A stretch of DNA of 64,000 bases from NCBI GenBank assembly GCA_964371945.1, contig CAYJPA010000003.1, positions 29,179 to 93,178 of the forward strand, in the 5' to 3' direction. Each line of letters begins with the position of its first letter. Positions within the stretch are counted from its first letter, which is position 1. A program made the position numbers and the translations under genes. Shown piece by piece: positions 35,403-45,206 of this stretch. Below the pieces are notes generated by a model. It ran no database searches. It was not told the DNA's origin and saw only the letters and a program-made list of their open reading frames with translations. The stretch is from an uncultured Sphaerobacteraceae bacterium (GTDB lineage Bacteria > Chloroflexota > Chloroflexia > Thermomicrobiales > UBA6265).

Positions 35403-38400
35403 GTGAGGGCCTTCGTCGTCGAAGATAACGAAGGGATTCGAGAGATCGTCGTTGATCTTCTGATACGGCGTGGCCACACTGTCGATGCCTTCGCGACAGC
35501 GGAATCCGCCCACAAGGAGATTGGAGGGCAGGAATTCGGGCTCGCCGTACTTGACTGGGGCTTGCCCGGCATGGACGGGCTCGATCTCTGCCGGCATTTG
35601 CGATCGCGTCCAAGTGGCGAGCTCGGCGTGATCATCGTTCTCACCGGACGAGCCGAACCTGAAGATATTGATGAAGTCGTTAGCGCCGGAGCGAGCGATT
35701 ACGTCACAAAACCCTTCAAACTGGATACGCTCGAAGTTCGCATCGCTTTCGCTGAACGGCATGCGGTCATGCTGGCGGAACAGGCGAGGGCAAGGCGCGA
35801 GCTCAAGGCGACCGAAGACAAGTATCAGGCGCTCGTTGAGAGCGTTCCCGCGGTCACCTATATCCAGAGACACGGCGGCCGTGGAGAAGTCGAATACATC
35901 AGTCCGCAGGTCGAGCGCATTTTGGGCTGGAGCCCGGACATGTTCACCGAGAACCCCACTTTTTGGATCGACATCATTCACGCGGATGACAAAGAAGCAG
36001 TCCACATTGCCGACCAAACCGCACAGGCAACGGGCTCATTGTATTCCGCCGAGTACCGCCAGCTCTGTCGAAACAACGAGTACCGGTGGTTCCGTGATGA
36101 AGCGCAACCGATATGCGACGAACGCGGCGATATCCTTTTTTGGCATGGGGTCATTTCCGATATCACCGATCGCAAATTGGCCCACGAAGCCCTCCGTGAA
36201 AGCGACCTGCGTCAACGAGAGATGGCGATCGCCACAAAACGCCAAGCGGTTCAGCTTCGCTTGCTCGATCAGGTCCGAGCGAGACTTGGAGGCGAGCTCG
36301 AGCTTACAAACGTCTTTCGGATTGTGGTTGAAGCCACGGCCGAAGTCTTGGGTTACCGATACACCAGCTTATATATGCGACATGGTGACTCGATGGTGCG
36401 CCAGCATCAGGTCGGCTACCCCGAGTCAAACGGTGAGTTCAGGGCGCTCCAGCTTGGCAGGGGAGTGATCGGCAGGGTAGCGGTCACGGGCGAGCCGCGG
36501 CTCATTCGAAACACCGCTCAAGACCCGGATTTCATCACATCCACGGACGATGTTGCGTACGAGATCTGTGTGCCGCTGTTGGACGAGGATGTGGTGGTTG
36601 GAGCATTCAACATCGAAACCACGATCGATCAACCACTCGATCACGAGGACCTCCGGTTGCTACTTGGCGTTGCGGAGCATGTCAATGCCGCAATCAGCCG
36701 TTCCAGACTCTATCGTGAAGCGCAAAGCCGGGAAGCCCTTCTTCGCTCCGTGTTGGATAACGTCCAGGAAGTCGTCTTCCAAACTGACCGAACCGGCCGG
36801 TGGACCTTTCTCAACACCGCCTGGGAGGAAATTACCGGTTATGCGGTCGAAGATTGCTTAGGATGTGAAGTAGCGTCGTTCGGTCTTCCTGAACATCGCG
36901 AAACGTTTCAACAAGCGGTCGATACGTTGACAAGCGGCCTTGAAGAGGAGTTGCGGGGTGATTTCCAGATCATTACCAAGACCGGCGAGATCCGATGGGT
37001 CGAGGCGCACGCCGTCCGCGCGGGCGACGACGAAGAGACGATCCACATCTCCGGGACCCTGATCGACATCACTGAACGCCGTCGCGCGGAAGAGGCATTG
37101 CGCGAAAGCCAGGACCGGTATCGTCACCTCGCACTGCACGATCCGTTGACGACGCTGCCGAACCGAATGCTCTTCATGGAGCGGCTCGAGCAGTTGCTGC
37201 GGGCGAGCGACGAAGAACCTTCAGCGATCTCGGTGCTGTTTCTTGATCTCGATGGATTCAAGCTCGTCAACGATACCTTCGGCCACGAGTGCGGCGACGA
37301 TCTTCTGATTCAGGTTGGGCGCCGGCTACTGAACTGTTCGGGGCAGCACGACACGGTTGCGCGTCTCGGCGGAGACGAATTCGCGATTCTTCTCAACGAC
37401 AACGAACGGTTCTCGCTGGCGATGGAGATCGCACAACGCATTTTGGATGCGGTTCGACAACCGTTTACGCTCGATGGCCAGGAGATTTCCCTCGCAACCA
37501 GTATTGGGATCGCCGGTCATCACGGTGCGAACGGAAGCGCCAGCGATCTCCTCCGTAACGCCGACACCGCACTCTACGTCGCAAAAGCAAACGGTCGAGG
37601 GGCTTTCGCCCAGTATCAACCTCAGATGTCGGCCGCGGTGCTCGCGCGTTTTCGGCAGGAGAACGAGCTCCGGCGCGCAATTGAGAACGGAGAGATTCGA
37701 CTCGTTTATCAACCTTCGTTCGATCTTCGAACGGGCGAAGTGACCAATGTCGAGGCGCTCGTCCGATGGGAGCACCCAGAACAGGGGCTGTTAACCCCCT
37801 GTCAGTTTCTCTCTCTAGCCGAAACCACGGGGTTGATCGTGCCGATGGGCAGCGTCGTGCTTGAGACCATCTGCCGCGATTCGAAGCTGTGGATGACAAC
37901 CGAGATCGGTATGCCGTTGAAATTGAGCGTGAATCTCTCGGCCCGGCAAATGAGAGACCCATCGCTTATCTTCGAAGTCGAGCGAACACTCTCGGCATTT
38001 GGGATCCTGCCGGAACTGCTCGATTTTGACATCAGCGAAGCGGCCGCGATGAACGATGGCCCCGTCACGAATCGGGCGCTTCATGAATTACGAGAGCTCG
38101 GCGTTGGGCTGACCATCGACGACTTCGGAACGGGATCCGGTACGCTCAGTTCGCTTCGTGATCTGCCGGTCAATGCGGTCAAAATTGATCGCGGCTTCAT
38201 TGTTGAAATCGGCCGCAATCGCGCAAGCAAAGCCATCGTGCGGGCGATGACCGCCCTTGCCCAAACGTTGAACATGTCGGTGACCGCCGAGGGGATCGAA
38301 ACGATCGAACAGCTCGCGCATTCGCGCGCCATCGGGATCGATCGCGGTCAGGGTTACTACTTCAGCCACCCGATGACGGCGGAAGAAATCGAAGCGCTAA

Positions 38401-38447
38401 TCGCCAGAAACACCTCCATCGACGGCGGCCTACTCTTGCTAGGCTAG
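35403..38447 (+). CDS. Response regulator receiver-PAS-GAF-PAS-GGDEF-EAL protein
   Basis: REC (VRAFVVEDNEGIREIVVDLL...LDWGLPGMDG), GGDEF (RLGGDEFAILL), EAL (EALVRWEHPEQG ... DDFGTGSGTLS). GTG 35403 is the probable start. Confidence 0.9.
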   Translation: MRAFVVEDNEGIREIVVDLLIRRGHTVDAFATAESAHKEIGGQEFGLAVLDWGLPGMDGLDLCRHLRSRPSGELGVIIVLTGRAEPEDIDEVVSAGASDYVTKPFKLDTLEVRIAFAERHAVMLAEQARARRELKATEDKYQALVESVPAVTYIQRHGGRGEVEYISPQVERILGWSPDMFTENPTFWIDIIHADDKEAVHIADQTAQATGSLYSAEYRQLCRNNEYRWFRDEAQPICDERGDILFWHGVISDITDRKLAHEALRESDLRQREMAIATKRQAVQLRLLDQVRARLGGELELTNVFRIVVEATAEVLGYRYTSLYMRHGDSMVRQHQVGYPESNGEFRALQLGRGVIGRVAVTGEPRLIRNTAQDPDFITSTDDVAYEICVPLLDEDVVVGAFNIETTIDQPLDHEDLRLLLGVAEHVNAAISRSRLYREAQSREALLRSVLDNVQEVVFQTDRTGRWTFLNTAWEEITGYAVEDCLGCEVASFGLPEHRETFQQAVDTLTSGLEEELRGDFQIITKTGEIRWVEAHAVRAGDDEETIHISGTLIDITERRRAEEALRESQDRYRHLALHDPLTTLPNRMLFMERLEQLLRASDEEPSAISVLFLDLDGFKLVNDTFGHECGDDLLIQVGRRLLNCSGQHDTVARLGGDEFAILLNDNERFSLAMEIAQRILDAVRQPFTLDGQEISLATSIGIAGHHGANGSASDLLRNADTALYVAKANGRGAFAQYQPQMSAAVLARFRQENELRRAIENGEIRLVYQPSFDLRTGEVTNVEALVRWEHPEQGLLTPCQFLSLAETTGLIVPMGSVVLETICRDSKLWMTTEIGMPLKLSVNLSARQMRDPSLIFEVERTLSAFGILPELLDFDISEAAAMNDGPVTNRALHELRELGVGLTIDDFGTGSGTLSSLRDLPVNAVKIDRGFIVEIGRNRASKAIVRAMTALAQTLNMSVTAEGIETIEQLAHSRAIGIDRGQGYYFSHPMTAEEIEALIARNTSIDGGLLLLG

Positions 38448-38568
38448 TTGGAGCACTCACGTCTCCGCGCCGCGAGGTAACGCTTCGAACGCCCGGTCCT
38501 TCAAACTACCGGCCGTTGGTTGGCTTGTGTCACTTAGCCGGCATGATGGCAACATTCCTTGATCTCAC

Positions 38569-39312
38569 TCAAAACAACGAAGGCTGTGCCTTCTTCCCGT
38601 CTTCTTCATTGGTTTTCCGGTCGTCACCAGAATCTTCGTGCTCGATCGGTTCGATCAGATGGGAATTGTTGTTGCGCACATTGTTGACATCGATTGAAAC
38701 CGGATAGGCAGTCATTTGGTCCGAGGGGAACGAGCGCAGCAGATGCTCAACCGCATGTCCATCGCCGGCTTGATGGTCAATCCACTCCGATTCTGCTTCT
38801 TTTGGCAAGATGACCGGCATCCGATGGTGAAACTCGCGTGAGCATTCATTCGCCTCGGTCGTGATGATCGTGTACGACGAGGTCGTTTCGCCATCCGCGC
38901 CTTTGAATTCATCGTAAAGACCGGCAAAGGCAAACAATTCCTCATCCTTCACCGTGAACAAATAGGGCTGCTTCCGGCCGCCGGCTTGCTTCCATTCATA
39001 GTAGCCATTGGTGGGCACGAGACAGCGCTTTCGGCCCATTAGCGAGCGAAACATGGGGTTTTCGAGTATCGATTCGGCCCTAGCGTTAAACGGGGCAGGA
39101 GCCTTGGTATCACCAGGTTTGGCCCAGCGAGGAATCAGGCCCCAGCGCATGGTATGGAGCTCGCGCTCTCCCCCCGCGAGCTCGACAATGACGGGAAGCT
39201 CCTGGGTTGGCGCCGCATTGAAGCTTTCAAACAAAAATGAAGGGATGTGCCGGAGCTGAAAGCGCTCTGAAAGCTCGTCCGGCAGCCATTCGATAACGTA
39301 ACGTCCACACAT
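38569..39312 (-). CDS. SOS response-associated peptidase (SRAP/YedK family)
   Basis: N-terminal MCGRY with the catalytic Cys2, which is typical of the family. Confidence 0.9.
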   Translation of the reverse strand: MCGRYVIEWLPDELSERFQLRHIPSFLFESFNAAPTQELPVIVELAGGERELHTMRWGLIPRWAKPGDTKAPAPFNARAESILENPMFRSLMGRKRCLVPTNGYYEWKQAGGRKQPYLFTVKDEELFAFAGLYDEFKGADGETTSSYTIITTEANECSREFHHRMPVILPKEAESEWIDHQAGDGHAVEHLLRSFPSDQMTAYPVSIDVNNVRNNNSHLIEPIEHEDSGDDRKTNEEDGKKAQPSLF

Positions 39313-39357
39313 TGGTACGATCCTTTCCTGACCCGGTTTTTCCGAGAGGATTCTGAC

Positions 39358-39828
39358 ATGAGCGAGGCAAAAACCAAACCGGCTGGAGCCTCAGTCGACG
39401 AATTCCTGGCCGCGCTTTCGGACGACCGGAAGCGCGAGGACAACATTCAGGTCTGCAAGATGATGACCGAGATTACGGACGAACAATCACAAATGTGGGG
39501 ACCTTCGATTGTCGGTTTTGGAAGCTACCACTACGTCTGCGCGACTGGCCATTCAGGCGACGCGCCTCTGACCGGTTTTTCGCCCAGAAAGGCAAATCTC
39601 ACACTCTACATCATGCTTGGATTCGACGGTTACGATGCCCTCATGGCCAAACTGGGGAAGCACACGACCAGCAAATCCTGCCTCTACATTAAGCGGCTGA
39701 GCGATGTCGATCAGGACGTGCTTGGCGAGTTGATCGGGCAGTCATCTCAGCGCATCAAAGCCATGTATTCGCCGACGTATCCGGCGGAGGGTCACGTCGC
39801 CCACTTTGTGTCGAGATCGAGCGGATAG
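39358..39828 (+). CDS. DUF1801 (YdhG-like) domain protein
   Basis: SVDEFLAALSDDRKREDNIQVCKMM ... MWGPSIVGFGSYHY is typical of DUF1801. Confidence 0.8.
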   Translation: MSEAKTKPAGASVDEFLAALSDDRKREDNIQVCKMMTEITDEQSQMWGPSIVGFGSYHYVCATGHSGDAPLTGFSPRKANLTLYIMLGFDGYDALMAKLGKHTTSKSCLYIKRLSDVDQDVLGELIGQSSQRIKAMYSPTYPAEGHVAHFVSRSSG

Positions 39829-41258
39829 ATCGGCCGGCGCAGATGGCGATAGTCGAAGCGAGTCAGATCGACGCTGCCGAGTCCCGGCGTGTCCACATGA
39901 ATCGCGTGCTTTGCAATCGGCCCGAAACCGCCGCGCCACCGAACCGCCGCCTTGACCACGATGATCTTCTGTAACGTCGGCTGGATGCCGGCTGATTTCA
40001 GTTGTTGCTGGTCGCCCGGCATGTGCTTCTTCGAGGTCAGCACAAGATTGATCCCGCCGGCCCGCACGACAACCGTCGGCCCGCTCTCGACCGGCACCCC
40101 CTCATTCTCCGGTCCTTCGTGAATCCATCTGCCATCGGTGATCAGTTTGACCACGCCGGCGACCGAAACCGGGCCACCATGGAGTCTGTCCGTTTTGCCG
40201 CCAACCAGTAGCTGGACCTGGTTACGGACACCCGCCGCGATTGCCTTCTGCACCGATTCCGCGTCCGCGATGACCATTGTCGCGTCCTGGGCATCTTGTC
40301 GGATCAATTCTGCCAAAAGCACGGTGCCGTCGCCAGGAGTCCCGCCCCCTATGTTGTCACCCACATCAACTAGCATCACGGGGCCCCCGGGAAAGGCGAT
40401 CGCCTCGGTCACGGCCGCGGCCGGCGGCGTATTGTGGACAATCATCAACGCCCGCGCATCCCAGGCCGAACGTGCCAGTGCGTTCGCCAATTTGTCGGCT
40501 TTTGCTCGATCGCCATCGGTCGTCACGAGAATGCTCATCCCGGCGTCGGGAACATCGGCGTAGGCGAAGCCGCCCGCGATTGTGATCGTCACCGCCTCGC
40601 CCGATTCCTCCAGCGCGAACGCTCTGTCGAACAGCGACTTGAAGGGCTCGTTCGCGCTGAACTGTGCTTGCGGCACAGGCAAGAGGGGCGGTTTGACGAG
40701 CACCATCTCCGGCTTGATCCGTCCCTCGATCGTCTTCACGAGCAGATCGACGGCTTCACGCGCCCTCGCACCGGCGTCGATGTGCGGATAGGTGTCGTAG
40801 GTCGTCACGATCGTGGCCGCGTCGACCATTGCCTGCCCGATATTGGCATGAAAATCGAGCGTGATCGCGATCGGTAGATCCGGTCCCACAAGCGTCCGCA
40901 CCCGTCCGGCGATCTCCGCTTCTGCATCCGGAAAGCCTTCCGCCACCATCGCGCCATGCAGATTGAGCAGGATGCCGTCCGCGGGGAGCGCGGCTTTAAT
41001 GCGAGAGAGCAGCTCGCCCAGCAGCTCCTCGAACGATGCCCGATCCGGAGTGCCAGTCGAAACAACATCGACCAGCATCGTCGGCACGAGATCGATTCCC
41101 CGCTCCCGGCACTCGTCAATGACGCCTCCCAGCGAGTGATTCGTTCCGGCATAGCTCCAGCACTCGTCGCCCCGCACGATAGGGAGCGTCGCCGCTGAGG
41201 TCGGCTCGACCGAAAACGTATGTGTTTCATGCATGATCCCGCCAACGATCAGGCGCAT
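39792..41258 (-). CDS. M81 family metallopeptidase (MlrC-like), copy 1
   Basis: MRLIVGGIMHETHTFS N-terminus (MlrC/DUF1485), 488 aa. Paralog of 60085..61551. Confidence 0.85.
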   Translation of the reverse strand: MRLIVGGIMHETHTFSVEPTSAATLPIVRGDECWSYAGTNHSLGGVIDECRERGIDLVPTMLVDVVSTGTPDRASFEELLGELLSRIKAALPADGILLNLHGAMVAEGFPDAEAEIAGRVRTLVGPDLPIAITLDFHANIGQAMVDAATIVTTYDTYPHIDAGARAREAVDLLVKTIEGRIKPEMVLVKPPLLPVPQAQFSANEPFKSLFDRAFALEESGEAVTITIAGGFAYADVPDAGMSILVTTDGDRAKADKLANALARSAWDARALMIVHNTPPAAAVTEAIAFPGGPVMLVDVGDNIGGGTPGDGTVLLAELIRQDAQDATMVIADAESVQKAIAAGVRNQVQLLVGGKTDRLHGGPVSVAGVVKLITDGRWIHEGPENEGVPVESGPTVVVRAGGINLVLTSKKHMPGDQQQLKSAGIQPTLQKIIVVKAAVRWRGGFGPIAKHAIHVDTPGLGSVDLTRFDYRHLRRPIYPLDLDTKWAT

Positions 41259-41279
41259 CTCACGATTCCCCCGCCAGAT

Positions 41280-42605
41280 CTATGCGCTCCGCAACGACTT
41301 CGATACGTCCTCGACCACGGTCAGTATCTCGGCGAAGTCTTCCTTCGCATGAGCCAGCGAAAAACCAGCGTGCCCTGGAGGTCCTTGCCGTGTGTAGCCG
41401 TGGATGTAAACACCGCGTTCGTAACAACCTGCCGTGAAGAGCTTGTTCAACTCGTGGTCGTGATTGACCGCGTCGGACCATGTCCGCACTTGTTCCGTGC
41501 GTCCAAAGTAGATCCCGAACCGAGCGCCCATGCCCTGAACCCGGGCCGGCACCCCTTCGCGATCGAAAATCGCCTGCATGTCGCGGTAGAAGTTGTCCCC
41601 AGTCGCATTGATCTGATCGAACACGCCCGGCTTCCGCAGCTCGTCCAGCGTGGCGATCGCCGCTAGGACGCTCAGCAGGTGCCCGGAATAGGTGCCGCTG
41701 TGCACCACCGGTCCGGTTGGAGCGAGTTGCAGCATCAAGTCAGCGCGACCCGACACCGACGCCAGCGGCAGACCATTCCCGAGCGCTTTGGCATGAGTCG
41801 TCAGGTCTGGAGTCACCCCGTACTGTGCCTGCACGCCGCCAATGTGCGTGCGAAAGCCCGATAGCACCTCGTCCATGATGAGCACAATCCCATGTCCGCT
41901 CGTTTTCGACCGCAGCAATTCGAGAAACCCCGGTTCCGGCGGAATACACCCGGCGTTGTAATGGATCGGCTCGCAAATGACGGCCGCGAGCTCATCGCCG
42001 TGGCGCGACATCGCTGTTTCGAACGCCTCAACATCGTTCCAGGCAACCATGACGACATCGTCCGCCTCTGACGCGGGCACCCCGCCCGACGACGGCAGGA
42101 TCGCGCTCTCAGGATCAAGCGGGTCCGCGTGCTTGAGCAGCCATGGCTCGGTCAATCCATGAAAATGACCATCGAACTTCAAGTACTTGGTCCGGCCGGT
42201 CGCATTCCTCGCGATCCGCAACGCGACCAGTGTGACCTCGCTCCCCACGCTAGAGAATCGCACGCGTTCCGCCGCGGGGATAATCTCGACGATCGTCGCG
42301 GCTAGTTGTTCGTGAAAGGTTGTCTCGGCCGCGCAAATAATCCCCAGCTCGACTCCCTGCAACACCGCGCGCTTGACGGCCGGGTGATTGTGACCAAGCA
42401 GCGCCGCGCCGTTGGAGACATTGAGATCGATGTACCGCTTGCCATCGAGTCCGTAAAGATATGCCCCATCACCATGACTGACATACAACGGTCGCCCAAG
42501 ATACGGGTGAAGCCGCATGGATGCGGAGACACCACCTGCGAGCACGGCCGTCGCGCGGTCGAATTCCGTTCCAGTTTCCCCGAACCCTACCGTGGTTGAT
42601 GCCAT
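41280..42605 (-). CDS. Class III (GSA-aminomutase-like) PLP-dependent aminotransferase
   Basis: VLAGGVSASMR, LGHNHPAV, DEVLSGFR, THAKALGNG (PLP lysine). Start at ATG 42605. Confidence 0.9.
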   Translation of the reverse strand: MASTTVGFGETGTEFDRATAVLAGGVSASMRLHPYLGRPLYVSHGDGAYLYGLDGKRYIDLNVSNGAALLGHNHPAVKRAVLQGVELGIICAAETTFHEQLAATIVEIIPAAERVRFSSVGSEVTLVALRIARNATGRTKYLKFDGHFHGLTEPWLLKHADPLDPESAILPSSGGVPASEADDVVMVAWNDVEAFETAMSRHGDELAAVICEPIHYNAGCIPPEPGFLELLRSKTSGHGIVLIMDEVLSGFRTHIGGVQAQYGVTPDLTTHAKALGNGLPLASVSGRADLMLQLAPTGPVVHSGTYSGHLLSVLAAIATLDELRKPGVFDQINATGDNFYRDMQAIFDREGVPARVQGMGARFGIYFGRTEQVRTWSDAVNHDHELNKLFTAGCYERGVYIHGYTRQGPPGHAGFSLAHAKEDFAEILTVVEDVSKSLRSA

Positions 42606-42841
42606 TTCATTCCTCACATTGAGCGGTGACGTTCGCCATGGACGGCATTCTTTGTTCTCTTGGCACCTGAACAGACAATTGACCGGTATTCGACACGCCC
42701 GCGAGAATCGAGCCACACTGACGTTCGGCGAGCTGCCGGTGGTGGATTATTGGAACGATAGGCGCGGAAGTCAACGACTCCACGCACGTTTAGGGTCAAT
42801 GCTGATGATCGATTCCCGGATTTCGGGTCGCGGCATAGCGG

Positions 42842-42870
42842 TTGACGTGTCTGACGCACTTCGGTACAGT
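42842..42870 (+). promoter_or_regulatory. Sigma70-like promoter (TTGACG-17-TACAGT) upstream of sugar SBP gene
   Basis: TTGACG at 42842..42847, a 17-nt spacer, TACAGT at 42865..42870. Confidence 0.4.
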
Positions 42871-42962
42871 GCCGTGGTTCGTTCGGCAAAACGCCTCGCT
42901 CATTCTTCGCCGGAATCGAATCGCTTCGCTCGAACGCTCTGCTTCAGGTCACGCTCAAAACC

Positions 42963-44351
42963 TTGGGGTTTGCCTTGAGATCATCTCCTGTTCGTCAAAT
43001 CCGAGGTCTTGCCACCCTGCTCGCGAGTCTTCTGCTCATCCTATCATCGTTCTCCACGCTGGCCGTCGGGAACGGTGTTTCCGCTAAAGAAACGACCGTT
43101 TCATTTGCCTTCTGGGGCGATCCCGCCGAGCAAGCCGCCTACGAGCGAGTCGTGGCCGAATTCGAAGCGGCGCATCCCGGAATCGATATCCGGGCCCAGT
43201 ACACCGCGGGCCAAGGCGATTACCTCAAGAAGATCGCAACATCGTTCGCGGGAGGCGAAGCGCCCGATCTCTTCCTGATCAACTACCGCTCATTTGGCCA
43301 GTTCGCCGCGACCGGCGCGCTGGAGCCGGTCGACTCGTACCTCGCCGCCAGCGCCAATATCAATGCCGAGGATTACTACGACATCTCGCTTGATGCATTT
43401 CGTTACGACGGGTTGGCGCAAACCTGCATGCCCCAGAACATCTCGAGCCTGGTCGTCTACTACAACGAGGATCTCTTCGAGGCCAACGGCGTCCCACTTC
43501 CGGTCGACAACTGGACCTGGGACGACTTTTCAGCGGCCGCCGAGGCGCTCACAATTGACGCCGATGGCGATGGAAACACCGACACCTATGGTCTCGGGGT
43601 TGAGCAGAGCCTGTACCGGATGGCGCCGTTCATCTGGAGCAATGGCGGCGAGCTTGTCGACGACCCGGTCCATCCAACCACACTGACCCTCGATTCCCCT
43701 GAAGCACAGGAAGCGCTGGACTGGTTCACCTCGCTTGGAGCTACGGCTCCATCCGAGGCCGAGGCGCAGGCGGAAGACGATGAAGCGCGCTTCATGCGGG
43801 GTGGCTCCGGCATGTTTCTGCAGAGCCGCCGGGCTGTGCCGGCACTGCGCGAGATCGAAGGCTTCACCTGGAACGTTGCGCCACTTCCGACCGGCAAGGA
43901 GCGCGCGACGGTCCTGCACAGCGACGCCTTCTGCATGGCCGCGAGCGCTCCGCACAAAGAGGCCGCCTGGTCATTTATCGAGTTCGCGGTGGGGGACGTT
44001 GGTCAAACGATTCTGGCCGAAACCGGCCGGGTTGTCCCCTCACTCAAACGTGAGGCCGAATCAGATGCGTTCCTGAAACCGACCGATGGCGAAGTCGCGC
44101 TCTTGCCGGCCAACAACCAGGTCTTCCTCGATAACATCCAATACATTCACCGGCTGCCGATTGTCTCGACCTGGGTAGAAGTCGAGGACACATTCAACGC
44201 GACCTTTGAGCGGATCTTCTACGACGAGATCGACATCCCCGCCGAGACCGCAAACGTGACCGCGGCCACGAAGCCGATTTTCGCGCGGGCGCTCGAAGAA
44301 TATGGTTTATCGCCCGATTCGACCCGGGCCGAGGCGGTCGTCCAGGAATGA
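42963..44351 (+). CDS. ABC transporter substrate-binding protein, family 1 (carbohydrate type)
   Basis: Signal peptide followed by VSFAFWGDPAEQAAYERVVAEFEAAHPGIDI. TTG start, exact start uncertain. Confidence 0.85.
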   Translation: MGFALRSSPVRQIRGLATLLASLLLILSSFSTLAVGNGVSAKETTVSFAFWGDPAEQAAYERVVAEFEAAHPGIDIRAQYTAGQGDYLKKIATSFAGGEAPDLFLINYRSFGQFAATGALEPVDSYLAASANINAEDYYDISLDAFRYDGLAQTCMPQNISSLVVYYNEDLFEANGVPLPVDNWTWDDFSAAAEALTIDADGDGNTDTYGLGVEQSLYRMAPFIWSNGGELVDDPVHPTTLTLDSPEAQEALDWFTSLGATAPSEAEAQAEDDEARFMRGGSGMFLQSRRAVPALREIEGFTWNVAPLPTGKERATVLHSDAFCMAASAPHKEAAWSFIEFAVGDVGQTILAETGRVVPSLKREAESDAFLKPTDGEVALLPANNQVFLDNIQYIHRLPIVSTWVEVEDTFNATFERIFYDEIDIPAETANVTAATKPIFARALEEYGLSPDSTRAEAVVQE

Positions 44352-45206
44352 ACGCTGGGCCCAAATGAAAACAAGAATGACCGGAACCGTGACCATGACA
44401 GCTCCTGCCATGAGCAACGGCCAGTTCGTTCGGTCAAGTTGCAGCAACGCCTGCAGACCCAGCGGCAGGGTCATTTTTGACGTCGATTGGATGTAAAGCA
44501 GCGGTTCGATAAAACTGCTCCAATAGCGCACGAACGACAGCACCGCCACCGCGAGCACCGCCGGCCGCGCCAGTGGAACCGCAATCCCGAGCCATGTGCG
44601 AACGAGCCCCGCGCCGTCGAGTCGCGCCGCCTCGAAAATCTCGTTCGGAATCCGGACGAACGTCCAAACGAACAACAAGACATAAAACGGCGAAGTGCCA
44701 AAGAAAGCGGGCGCAACCAACGACCAGCGACTGTCGATCAACCCCACTTCCTTCACGATGATGAAGCGCGGTAACCAGACCGCGGTCAGCGGCACCATCA
44801 ACGCGATGAACGACAACACCGTGAGCCGCATTCGCCAGCGATGCGAGATTTGCGCCATCGCGAAACCCGTCATCGATGCCACGACCACGGTAATCGGGAC
44901 CGCCAGCAGGACCACGAACAGCGAGTTCGCGGCGAACCTGGCGAACGTGACCACGTTGAAGACCTCGCGATAGTTCTCGAAGGTTGCAGGTTGCGGGATC
45001 AATTCCAGCGTGCGAGGCAACGGTTGCCCGCCCCCCCGGAGTGACACCGAGACGGTCCAGAAGAGCGGCAATAGGAAGACGACGGCGATCGCGAGACCGG
45101 CAACGAACCAGAGGGTGGCCCTTGCGCTTCGCCGAAATCGAACGATAGGGGCCGGTAGAAGCTCGTGCTCAGTCCACATCGGCAAATCCAAGCCGCCATC
45201 GGCCAA
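44307..45206 (-). CDS. Carbohydrate ABC transporter permease (MalG-like)
   Basis: EAA loop IFEAARLDGAGLVRTWLGIAVPLARP. Six TM segments. Confidence 0.9.
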   Translation of the reverse strand: MADGGLDLPMWTEHELLPAPIVRFRRSARATLWFVAGLAIAVVFLLPLFWTVSVSLRGGGQPLPRTLELIPQPATFENYREVFNVVTFARFAANSLFVVLLAVPITVVVASMTGFAMAQISHRWRMRLTVLSFIALMVPLTAVWLPRFIIVKEVGLIDSRWSLVAPAFFGTSPFYVLLFVWTFVRIPNEIFEAARLDGAGLVRTWLGIAVPLARPAVLAVAVLSFVRYWSSFIEPLLYIQSTSKMTLPLGLQALLQLDRTNWPLLMAGAVMVTVPVILVFIWAQRSFLDDRLGPGRIGR

